Below, piece after piece: positions 1-10,749 of a stretch of DNA of 64,000 nucleotides; position 1 is the stretch's first letter; every line of letters begins with the position of its first letter. Source of the stretch: Heteronotia binoei. Its lineage: Eukaryota. The stretch is taken from NCBI RefSeq assembly GCF_032191835.1, contig NC_083234.1, forward strand, positions 48,918,001 to 48,982,000, given 5' to 3'. The translations under genes were made by a program, and so were the position numbers. Under the pieces are notes generated by a model. That model was given only the letters and a program-made list of their open reading frames with translations. It was not told the origin of the DNA and searched no databases.

Positions 1-250
1 GGACTGGATGGGCCACTGGCCTGATCCAACAGGGCTTCTCTTATGTTGTTATGTGACGCAGAGTGTTGGACTGGATGGGCCACTGGCCTGATCCAACAGG
101 GCTTCTCTTATGTTGTTATGTGACGCAGAGTGTTGGACTGGATGGGCCACTGGCCTGATCCAACAGGGCTTCTCTTATGTTATTATGTGACGCAGAGTGT
201 TGGACTGGAGGGGCCACTGGCCTGATCCAACAGGGCTTCTCTTATGTGAC
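1..250 (+). repeat. 67-bp tandem repeat (~3.7 copies, may extend left of the window) built from a CR1-type LINE 3' terminus
   Basis: Unit GGACTGGATGGGCCACTGGCCTGATCCAACAGGGCTTCTCTTATGTTGTTATGTGACGCAGAGTGTT starts at 1, 68, 135 and 202; it resembles the CR1 3' end at ~50375-50445. Confidence 0.85.
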
Positions 251-318
251 AATACTGACTTTGGTGGACCCAAGCACTGATTCAGTGTAAGGGAGCTTTG
301 TGTTTGTGTCTTCTAGTG

Positions 319-1226
319 CAATTTTGTTCTCAGATCCTGTATTTACTTCATCAGTATATGGGATAAGGCACTTTCTCAACTGTGCTGCATAATGCAGCCT
401 ATTTATTTTGTCCTGTTGGCTCTGTTGGCTCTATCTGCGCCACCTTCATCACTTTCGGGGTGTGGATCCCCCAGTGGAGTGGTCTCCCGACTCCCTCCGC
501 CGGCTGTTTCTGAGAGCCCTGCGCCCCCTCTTTCATTTGATATGTGTCCCGTGCGGGTGCCACCCTCCCGCCGGGAGATGCCGCAAAATGAGCCCCCTTG
601 AGGCTTATGGCGGCAGGGCTCGGGGGAAGCGAGCTAGACTGCTGTTCTTTTGAGGGGTTATAGAGTGTTTCGAGCCCGTCCCTGTGGCATCGGTCCCATC
701 GTTGTGGGGCCCAGGGGGCCGGCGCAGCAGCACGCTGAAGCAGCCTGTCGGTCACTTCCAGGTTCCTGTCCTGCATCTTGACCGGTGTTATTAGTGACAG
801 GCTGCTTCGGCGTGCCGCTGCGCCGGCCCCCTGGGTCCCACAACGATGGGACCGATGCCACAGGGACGGGCTCGAAACACTCTATAACCCCTCAAAAGAA
901 CAGCAGTCTAGCTCGCTTCCCCCGAGCCCTGCCGCCATAAGCCTCAAGGGGGCTCATTTTGCGGCATCTCCCGGCGGGAGGGTGGCACCCGCACGGGACA
1001 CATATCAAATGAAAGAGGGGGCGCAGGGCTATCAGAAACAGTCAGCGGAGGGAGTCGGGAGACCACCCCACTGGGGGATCCACACCCCGAAAGTGATGAA
1101 GGTGGCGCAGATAGAGCCAACAGAGCCAACAGGACAAAATAAATAGGCTGCATTATGCAGCACAGTTGAGAAAGTGCCTTATCCCATATACTGATGAAGT
1201 ATATACAGGATTTGAGAGCAAAATTG
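319..1226. repeat. Long near-perfect inverted repeat (arms 319-749 and 796-1226, 46-bp spacer)
   Basis: Left arm starts CAATTTTGTTCTCAGATCCTGTATTTACTTCATCAG, right arm ends CTGATGAAGTATATACAGGATTTGAGAGCAAAATTG; mirror ORFs 399-776(-) and 778-1146(+) differ at only a few residues. Confidence 0.95.
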
Positions 1227-1487
1227 TTTCCGGCGGTGATATTTGGGGGATTTTTGGGGACGTCACAGGAAGTGCTGTGAAGTCACTTCCTGTTTCCGGC
1301 AGGTGACGCGGGGGAAATGATGTCACAGGAAGTGATGCCACTTCCTGTTTCCGGTGGTGGCATGACATCACCGGAAGTGACGTCACCGGAAGTGACGTCA
1401 CTTCCTGTTTCCGGTGGCGCGCGCGCGCAACCCCCCCCCCCCCCCCCCCGTGTCCCTGGCTGGCCTTCAGACATTATGGTCACCCTA
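1227..1487. mobile_element. Terminal segment of a non-autonomous DNA transposon (TAGGG-type hAT-like end) carrying ETS/CRE subrepeats
   Basis: Ends GGTCACCCTA (reverse complement TAGGGTGACC); about three degenerate units TCACAGGAAGTG..CACTTCCTGTTTCCGG; contiguous with the right palindrome arm; no matching left TIR found. Confidence 0.55.
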
Positions 1488-2074
1488 CTCCATTCTAGAC
1501 AATGCTAGAGTTCAGTCCTCTATGGGAGCTACAGAACCTGATCTGAGCAATTACCCAACGGTGAGAAAAATACATCCCATCTATGTTCAGAGCTATGCTT
1601 TTAATTGCAACTTGCTTCCTCCTCTCTTCAGTAGCTTAGTTGCCAGTGTTCCCTCTAAGCTGAGTTAGTTTGAGCTAGCTCACAGTTTTTTTAGCTTAGA
1701 GGGAGTATTAACTTGCCAGGTCAAACTTTTAAATCCTCAGGATTTTTGCTCTCATGTTTCAGAAACTGCTGTGGACAGGTGGAACATTTTTCTAGGATGT
1801 TCTGCCCTGCACAACTCATGGATGGTGCTAATTGTGATGTTAGCTGCAGTGAATTTGGACTGCGCAGATCTTGTGCAGAATGCTTTGGGGTGCCAGCCTC
1901 TGATATACAAGATTATTTAATGTGGGTTAACCCTACAATGATCCCCCTGTTTGCAATCAGGAAGGCCAGAGAATGATGAAAAGCTGTTTTCTCCCTACTA
2001 AATGAACATAGGTTTTTAATGGACGTATAAAATGTAGAAGTGGGTCTTTGGAATCTTCTGAGATTATTCTAATA

Positions 2075-2368
2075 CAGGGGTGCACAAACTGTGGCTTGGG
2101 AGCCACATGTGGCTTTTTTGCACATATTGTGTGGTTTCCAAAGCCCTCACTGGCCCATCAGCCAGCTTGGAGAAGGCATTTATCACTTTAAATCACTTCT
2201 CCAAGCCAAGTCAGCCAGCAGCTCAGAGAATACATTTAAAGTTAAAGTTGCTTTCTTTCCATCTCTCCCTCCCCCTCCTTTCCCCCATCTATCTGCCTTC
2301 CTTCCTGCTTTCAAACATCTGACGTTTATTCTTTGTGGCTCTTACGTTAAGCAGATTGGCCACCCCTG
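2075..2368. mobile_element. hAT (Charlie-like) MITE, 294 bp
   Basis: TIRs CAGGGGTG...CACCCCTG with perfect 8-bp TSD TTCTAATA (2067-2074, 2369-2376). Confidence 0.9.
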
Positions 2369-3049
2369 TTCTAATAGTTCAGAAAAGAAACTAACACCAC
2401 AACAAAGAGTATGTGGGCACAGAAGGCTAATGTTAAGTGGCCAGTGTTCTTTTTTGAAGTTTGTGTCCAACATTCATCAGCAAACTATGGTGAATGGTCA
2501 ACACAGCCCCAGTAGAGGGCAGTGGATGACTGATGTGGCCCACATTCATTTCCAGTCATTTGACTCATCCCATATTCAGAGTCTCTAGCTGGGGAGATAT
2601 TTCCAAGGGCTCCTGCCTTACAACTGAATTCAAACAGGAAATGCCAAAATATTTGAGATGTGCTTCTAGGGACTCTAACGTACCTGCATTAGGAGATGAA
2701 TTTCTATGGGTGATATTCAGAGCCAAATTGTACTTTGGGAATCTATGGCAGGATGCCTCAATATGTAATGTAGTGGAGAAAAGAACAAAGAAGGGACCTG
2801 ATGTGGATTGTCACATTGTGCTGAGAGTCAAATGGAATACACAACAAATACACACATAAATAAGTGCAGAAATATTCCTGCATGGTATTGAGAAGAAAGT
2901 AACACAAGGATGGCATTTGTGGCAGTGTCTCCCTGCAGCGCTTGTAGTTCCATCCTTCAGGGCAACCTGTTGCTATTGTCCTAGTGGTCTGACCCACTGT
3001 GATGAAAAGACTGAAAGTGTGTTTATATGCATGTCTGTGTGTTGCTCAC

Positions 3050-3148
3050 CTGCACTTCGCAGGCAGCCTGCAAATGAAAGATCTTATAAAATGCTTCTTC
3101 CACTGTGTCCCCGAGAGCCACCACACCATGATTCCGCAGCACTAGAAC
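3050..3148 (-). CDS. ADD2: Beta-adducin coding exon 7 ([33 protein letters not shown]); the gene continues left of the window
   Basis: 99 bp, CAG acceptor, GTGAG donor, phase 0/0; class II aldolase/adducin LRNHG motif. Confidence 0.97.
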
Positions 3149-3648
3149 CTGTCAAGAGAAGCCGTGAGAAGCTGACACTAATTAAAATCACCAGCAGTTT
3201 CATTTCTCAGTTCCCCACACTTGTGTCTCATCATCCAACAATTTCCAAACCTCTGGCTAATTTTTTCCAAACAGCCTAATGACATTTTAAATTGCTTATG
3301 GATCTGCCTCATGTCTACCCTATTGTTGCCAAGTGGTTAAATGCTGGAAATTCCCTATTGAAACCTAGATCTTCAAGAGTGTGGGGGCCTGATTTGGACA
3401 GGCTTAAACCTTACCCCCTCCCCCCATGCAATTTTTCCAACCTCAAATGGCCCCAAAGAACTACTCTTTGCCCCACTTACTATACACGTAACTCATCACC
3501 AGTACACTTTGACACATATTCAATATAGAAGCTTTTTAGATATCTGGAATCTAATTTATATTATGTTTTGATGAATAATCAGTTGGCCTTACTTTAATAA
3601 CAAAATACTGTGAAAAAGGAAATCTGAATAGCATCTCTCAACCCTAAC

Positions 3649-3792
3649 CTTGCAAGTGGGCCCAAGACACTTCTGTAAATCAATTCTGTCTGCTTCTTCC
3701 TCCATGTCACCATTGTAGTCAAAATAGACCATATCCCCAGCCAGCAGTGCATCATGGGAAATGGGTAGGAGACCACATTTCATTGCAGACAC
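3649..3792 (-). CDS. ADD2: Beta-adducin coding exon 6 ([48 protein letters not shown])
   Basis: 144 bp, CAG acceptor, GTTAGG donor, in frame with neighbouring exons. Confidence 0.97.
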
Positions 3793-5764
3793 CTGGGAAG
3801 AGAACAAAAGAGAGGAGAGATGGAGAAACGACAATGTTCATTCCACTTTGTCAGTTTGCATCAACACATCCAAAGTGTTTTTGATGACCAAGTAGAAAAT
3901 TCATTCCAAGGAGGCAGTCAAGAATTACTCTGTACGAGCATCTTTCAAGTTATACAGAGATTTTCAGTCAATCAATGGGCAAGGTTCAGAAGGAAGGAAG
4001 AATATCAGACAGGTATCATTTGCAACTATACTAATATGAACAAACATGCAGCATTGTGTCTTTCTAAGTGAGGTGAACATATCATAGTTCCTCTTTCAGT
4101 ACAGATTCCCATTGCGCTATCTTACACATAATGACCTGGTTAACACGATAGGTAGGTCTTCTGAAAGTTCCAGTTCATGACAACGTGTTATAAGATGGCC
4201 TCTGGAGCTTGTATGGCAAACAGGGGGAGTCAGTTCCCATAAGACAAGGGTATCCTTACATGGGTAGGCTGATAGTGGGTTGTTAGAAGGCAATTTTTAG
4301 CATCTAACTTCTAAGCACCTGTGTAAAGTGCCCTCAAATCACAGCCAGCTTATGACAACCCCAGCAAGGGGCTTTCAAGGCAAGTGAGAACCAGAGGTGG
4401 TTTGCCATAGCCTTCCTCTGCAGAGGCTTCCTTGCTGGTCTTCCTTCCAAGTCCCAGCCCTGCATATCTTCAAGGTTCTGGCAAGATTCAGTTTATTATA
4501 CGATTACCTTCCATGCTACCTGCTTTTTTGTAAGAAAGTAAAGGGCTCCCCCCCCCCCCCCAGGAGGGCATTAGGCAACTGATCCATAAAAAAAGTATTT
4601 TTTGAGGAAAAGTTGGGCAGCTACTTTTTTCTTATCCTCTGGGTTTGTTCATTTTTTAAATTGTTTCTTTCCTGCAGGGCAGGTTTCTCTCAAACTATTG
4701 CTGTTGTTGGAAAAGATGGTATATAAATATATTCAGTAAAACATAACTTCCATGACAACTGGAAAACCTTTTTTAAAACAACAACAAAAGTTGCATCGGC
4801 TTATTTTGCAACACTGGCCAATACCATATGAGTTCCCTAGAAGTGATAGGAGAACCTGTCTTCAGGATGCACAGCAAATACCAGGTACTTTCAAATCTCT
4901 CCTGCCATGCTCATGCTCCACACTGGGGAGGGGCCATGGCATCTACTTAGTATGCAAAATGTCCCAGGTTCAATGCCTGGCATCTGCAGATAAAAGGACC
5001 AGGTAGTAGGTGATGTGAACCTGAGACCATGGAGAGCCACTGCCAGACTGTGTAGACAATACTGACCTTGATGGACTAATGGGCTGATTTGGTATAAGGC
5101 AACTATATGTGTTTTGTGACTTGCTTTGTGACTGTTCCTCCCCCTAGTTTCTTTTCCTCCTCCCTTTTTTGTTTACTGCTTTTCCTGTCTCTCTTGCCTT
5201 GTTATGTCATTGGGGATGGGGTTACCAGTTTTGGTTTGGGAAACAACTGGGCATTTCAGGAATGGAGCCCTAGGAGGGCTGGGTTTAGGGAGGGGAGGGA
5301 CATCAGCAGGGCATAACACAACACAGTTCACCCTCCAAAGCAGCCATTTTCTCCAAGGGAACTGATTTTGGTCATCTGGAGATCAATTGTAATAGTGAGA
5401 GATCTCCAGGTGCCACCTGGAGGCTGGCAACCTTAATTGAGGATCAGCTTTTTTCAAAGGCTCCTTTGCTTAAAAAACAGGCTCCTCTGCTAATTCCTAG
5501 TTTTTTGGTCTGGCATTGTACATGAGGAACCATTAAGACAGACACTTGGCCAGCCTTGACATCTTTTCATTCAAGGTGTTTCAGAGCCTCTGAAAGTGCC
5601 TGAGAACAAAAGAAGGGCTCCAGCTGCCTCCCTCCCTATCCCTTTCATCTGGATTAATGCTCTTCTATAAATCAGCTTCCAAGCCAATCCCAGTGTCTTG
5701 GGGCAAGGCATTTTCTGTTGCCTGGCAGAGCTTGGCTGTCAACGAGATGGATGGCATTCCTTAC

Positions 5765-5914
5765 CGCAGCTGTGGCGGGCGTGTGCAAATGGATGATGCA
5801 TCTCACGTCGGGTCTAGCCGCATAGATGGCCGAGTGCATGCTGAATCCTTGGGTGTCCACTGGAAAGCTGGTGCTCCCTTGCTCCACCACCTCCCCCAGG
5901 ACGTTCACTTTAAT
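5765..5914 (-). CDS. ADD2: Beta-adducin coding exon 5 ([50 protein letters not shown])
   Basis: 150 bp, CAG acceptor, GTAAG donor; adducin [19 protein letters not shown] motif. Confidence 0.97.
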
Positions 5915-7730
5915 CTGCGGCACAAATGCAAACAGACATGACAAAGTAGAGGGGGACGAGGTGGAAGCATCTCCTTGTGTAGCAGATGGTGTTATTAGAG
6001 AGATCAGATCACACCTCAAAGAGAAGGTCTTGCAGCAGCTTCTGTAACCTTTCCCAAACAGGGTAGTAAGGCATATGAATATGTTATGAGAAGTAAAGGC
6101 CCTTGTAAGTTCAAGCTACATATCCTCTGATCTCAGCACTGTTCTGCCCTTCTTCCAATCAGGAATGAAGATGCAGCAGAATCAACTCTACCCCCCCCCC
6201 TCTCGGATACACCCAATGCAGACCTGCAGCAGGTGTACCTATTCTCCGATGCAATCTCTGTTGCAGCTCTGCTTGAATCATTGATTTAAATATTCATTTT
6301 TTTTAAATTAAGTATTTTTCCTTAATGGAAAGAATAAAGCTTAATGACTCATGCAGGAATATGTGTGGGGAGGACTTGTCAGTTGATCTTTATTCTTACA
6401 CATTCTAAACGTACAACCAGTGCTAAGTTTAGTTCAGGAGAAAAAAAGGATGCCTCAGTGATCCGAGATCCATACTTTCCAATCCTCTTTTCCAAGTAGA
6501 TTAAGACAGCTGCCAAATATGGAAACAGAACCTTCCTTTTCAAACTCCACCTTCCCCTGCAGGTAACTCAGCCTTTTTAAGAACCTTTCCCTACTGTCCC
6601 ATTCCAGTGTAGTCCCTCCAAATCTCCTTTTTGCAGGGTCTTTTAAGTAAAAACACTGGAATTACTCAATTACCTTTCTGGTTTCAAGAAGAAATTTTGC
6701 ATTAATCTGAAGGCTCAGGGCCAAATTAGATGTTACCTCTGACATGGGTTGTGTTGGGGATTTCCCCAACTCAACTGGGCTCTTTTTACAGAGAGACGTG
6801 ACATCAGGGAACTTCTCAAGTGTTCCAGGGCCTGATTTGACTTGGGAGAATGGTACTGGCGGAGAAGAGGCTTCATGCTTCCCTCCCATCCTGTTTCTTA
6901 GAGCCAAAATGGCCACTGGGGGGCCCTATTTGCCCCACTGTAGAGCTGCATGTGCACTGACTGCAAAGAAACACTTGACCTCTGCTCTCTTGTCTATGTG
7001 CCATGGCCATTAATAAAAAACAGGATGAGAGAGGCCCAGTGCAGACTCTTAGGGCTTAATTATATGAAATTCCATGAATAGAGCTCCCAGTGTTTTATTT
7101 AAAAATCAAAACATTATTTAAAAATCAATTATTTAAAAATCATGGGGACCCCAGTCTAGCTGAGACCATGGCATACGGGAAGGGTTAACCTGAAATGGCC
7201 CTGTGGAGCCACTATTTTCCCCACTGAGACAAACACACAGGTAATGATACAGGCTTCTGTCACTTCTGGTTGACAAAATGGCATGAATGGGATGCTTAAA
7301 TCCTCCATCCCTTGTGCCATCATCTTGACTGGAATAGATCCCTCACATGGTGAGTTTTAGAGAAAATAAAAATGCCAAGCCCTCTTTCATATAACTCCCA
7401 GCAGCTTGGGTTGATTAGTCCCTGTTCCATAACACAGTAGCACAGCTTAGTTCCTGTTAGGGCACCATCAGCAGCCAGCTCTGGGGAGTGGGCCTGGGAA
7501 GGTGCTCAGTGGAATTCCATCAAGGCACAAGGGCATTTATAGTCGATGGTGCAGAGGGAAAGAGATGGGAACTGGTTCAGGGCTGCCATTTTCCCTGGCA
7601 TCCCCAAGGCATCCTCATAGGAGCTTTAACATTCATGTGTGGAAGTACCTCCCCATCCCCACCTGTGCTTAGAATTCTGGAAACAGAGGTGGAGGTGCTC
7701 AAGATGGAGCACTGAGTCCTGCATACTCAC

Positions 7731-7811
7731 CAAAGTAGAAGCAGTGACTTCATGACAGGAAAGGCCTACAGGGCAAACCAAGAAGTGGTCCTGCTCTTTG
7801 CTGACCCGCAG
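7731..7811 (-). CDS. ADD2: Beta-adducin coding exon 4 ([27 protein letters not shown])
   Basis: 81 bp, polypyrimidine tract plus CAG acceptor, GTGAGT donor. Confidence 0.96.
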
Positions 7812-9060
7812 CTGCCAGGGGAAAAAAAAAAGATAGTTTATGGTCTCAGTTCCCTTGTTCATGGGAACACTTTCTTCCCAAAGATTATTAAAGTTGGAAC
7901 TAGATGAGATGGTAAATGTGCCATCAGTAGCTCCACATCTCTTTTCCCTCTCCCCTTGGAAAGGTCTGCAAAACACACAATTTGGCATTAGGGTGCTCTA
8001 GATTTCTCTGTCTCTGCAGGCAGCAACCAAAGTAGCATGGAGGAGGGAGAGAAAACTTGCAGCGCTGAGACTGCACATCATATTATGTATAACTAGAAGT
8101 TACCATGAAAGGGAGGGGAAGGAGGAAACGTGGAATGGATGGTTTCAGTGCCAGCCATCTGTCATGTCTAGTTCTGGCCTTACAGTGCTTATGTAGCCCT
8201 TGAGGGGAAAAAGGGGAGAACAAGACCAAAGACTTCACCTCCCACTCTCCACACCAAAGCAGATTTTTTTCCTTGAAGGATGCACAGTCCCCCCTGGGGT
8301 GTTTCTGCTTTAAGGGTCAGGAGAGCAGGAATTGCTCTATTTTTGTATTCCTTTCTAGCATTTTAAGTTTTGCTTAATCATGCTAGCACGACCATTGAGC
8401 TTCTGGGAGCTGTCTCAAAATCTTGCGCATCATCGGTTCCTGCCTGTAGCCCCTTGATCACATGTACCTGAGCTAGTGGTACCATCACAACAGACAGAAT
8501 TCACTACTGTAAGCAGACCTACAGACACACAGAATTGGTGCAGTGAACCTGTCATGGAAATACAACCCCTGTGTTATGTTCACAGAGTTCAAGAGAACGT
8601 TTGCAGCAGAACCCAGGATTATCATGAGTTGAGATGTTATTGTATAGGGTATGAGGTGGGCTCCTCTCAATGTTTCCAAATTAGATATTTTCTTAGGCAG
8701 GAATTTGGGGTATCTCTATGAGAGATTAGACTCTGGCAGAATTATTGTTGCATTCAGATGGTAAGATGGTAAAAAAAAAATGTTTCATATGGGCAAGCTC
8801 TCATTGGCCAGAGTTACAGGGCATAAAATCTGTTAGGGTGTGGGAAGAAATTTTTCAGTCTAGTAAGGAGTTCACAGTTTGCTTGCTTCTGAGAGAGATA
8901 CAGTATAAATGTGTATACTAGTGGCATTTAGTTCTGGAGAGATTGCAAAAAATCTTTATTCTAATAGTTGCAGATGTTGGAAATGTCAAGATGGAAATTT
9001 GGATTCTTAACAAATGTGGTGGATAGCTAGCTAGCTAGCTAGAGATGTTTGAGTCTTTTA

Positions 9061-9148
9061 CAGTGCAATCCTAAAGAGAGTTATTCCAGTCTAAGCCTAT
9101 TCATTTCAATGGGCTTAGAACAGTGTAACTCTCTTTAGGATTGCACTG
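9061..9148. mobile_element. 88-bp hairpin MITE
   Basis: 23-bp perfect TIRs CAGTGCAATCCTAAAGAGAGTTA / TAACTCTCTTTAGGATTGCACTG plus an inner stem; degraded relatives near 22490 and 28840. Confidence 0.75.
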
Positions 9149-9619
9149 TTAAGGTCAAATTACTAGAACTATTGTGTACATAAATCAAAACCCACTTGAT
9201 TTGTTGTTAACAAGGTTTTTAATCACCACTGAGTGGTCTCTAGGCTGGAAAAATAAGCTTCTAATTCTGAATTTGCTAGCTGCAGCAAAGACTGCAAGTC
9301 CAATATTAGAAGAACACCATTCACAGACTGGTTATTCAAAGATCTGGATTTACTGAAAACAGACATGGACAAAGCACATGAAAGGAATGGTGTCAGTTAC
9401 AGCAGAAATGTGTCAAGAGACATAGAATTTATGTACTTATGGGGGAATGCCATTTATGTGGGCGTAGAGTCCACCTGTAGCATGAGCAAGAGAGACAGCT
9501 CATAGTGTTTTTACTCATCAATGAAACATAGCTGTCATTTACACTGCAAAGACTAGGAGAAGCTGTGCTCACCCCATGGGGAAATGCATGGTACACTTGT
9601 ATGCAGCCTAAGATGTGAT

Positions 9620-9855
9620 GATAGCCATGAAATCTGGAAGTTACGTAATTGTGTTTTAAGTCTATGATAGGTGGCTTCATAAAAGAAGAAGACAAATTCA
9701 TGGGGGGGCTATTATTGAGCATGGCTACTACTGGCTATTGCTGTCACATTCTGCATGTGAGCTTCTAGAGACATCTAGTTGGCCAGTCTGGGAAACAGGA
9801 TGCTAGACTAGGTGGACCTTGGGCTTGATTCAACAAGGCTCTTCTGATGTTCTTA
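9620..9855 (+). mobile_element. Degraded CR1 LINE 3' fragment
   Basis: Ends ...GGACCTTGGGCTTGATTCAACAAGGCTCTTCTGATGTTCTT, similar to the other CR1 tails in the window. Confidence 0.55.
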
Positions 9856-9866
9856 ATTGTTTTGCC

Positions 9867-10278
9867 ATGTTGTGGAAGCAAGAAAAAATACCAGAGAAAT
9901 GGGATTGGATTGTAAAAGTTATGACATGGAGTGAAATGGACAAGTTAACAAGAACCTTAAGAGACTATGATTTAGAAGTATTTAAGATGGAGTGGGAAAA
10001 GTTCAGAAGATACGTAGAAAAAGAGTGGAAAATAAAAGGACATTGGACAATTTTTGATAATGACTAAGTATAAGAGGGAGGAGGATATTAATTTTGGTTC
10101 TTATTAATTAAGGGTACCTTTAATATTAAGATTTTAAGTATATAACACCAGCGGGGGTCAAGTAACGGGGGGAGGGGTGGTTAGAAAGTAATATACGGGA
10201 TAGATAAAAAAGTAATTATTAATGATGTAAGAAATTGAAATTTATTATCATACGTTACTAATAAAATTGTTTGAAACA
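9867..10278 (+). mobile_element. 5'-truncated L1-clade LINE (ORF2 C-terminus plus 3' UTR)
   Basis: Encodes WKQEKIPEKWDWIVKVMTWSEMDKLT...EWEKFRRYVE, resembling non-mammalian L1 ORF2 ends; flanked by 14-bp direct repeat TTAATTGTTTTGCC (9853-9866, 10279-10292). Confidence 0.75.
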
Positions 10279-10597
10279 TTAATTGTTTTGCCGCAATGCC
10301 ATCTTTTAAAGTTTCTGCCAACAAGATGTGCCCAACTGCCTGGTTCCAGGCCAGCACATGGCATATTCCCATGTGCCTCCCCCAGTAGCCAATTGAAGGT
10401 CTAGCTAATCATCCAATTCAATTGTTTGTTTGTCTGCATTTCAATGTAAGTGTTACTTTATTTGTATTTTCAAATGGTTGCTCCTTGCCTGAGAGGATGA
10501 GGTAGAAACATTTTTTAAAAGCAGGATAGTTAAAGAAATCCGGTCTTAATTCTGACCTGGCTACCAAGCTAGGCTTCAGCAAGGAGAGTTCTTTTAC

Positions 10598-10749
10598 CGT
10601 GACGTAAGTGCTGCTCAGCTGTGCCCAGCCGTAGAGGTCCAGCAGTCGGTAGATGCTGCCAACCTTGCAGCGCATGAGCCTCTCTCCTTTGGCCAGAGAT
10701 GCGGAGTCGGTGCTGTGGAGGTCGTTGATGGGCATCACTGTAGAGAGGT
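10598..10749 (-). CDS. ADD2: Beta-adducin coding exon 3 (..[50 protein letters not shown])
   Basis: 152 bp, phase 1/0, CAG acceptor, GTAAAA donor. Confidence 0.97.

Noticed and set aside
1-250. CRISPR-like regular repeat
   Set aside because: The units are contiguous with no unique spacers, and the DNA is eukaryotic with no cas genes
392-1153. Mirror ORFs of 122-125 aa and 69 aa in the palindrome
   Set aside because: They are duplicated only because of the inverted repeat; GC-rich sequence with no recognisable domain
1183-1230. Possible hammerhead ribozyme (CTGATGA core)
   Set aside because: The required GAAA is absent (GCAAAA) and no convincing stems were found
2091-2588. 165-aa plus-strand ORF
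   Set aside because: It runs through a hAT MITE and intronic sequence with no coding signature
1490-3049. Next ADD2 coding exon (VSALSSAGG...)
   Set aside because: Not found; it must lie left of the window
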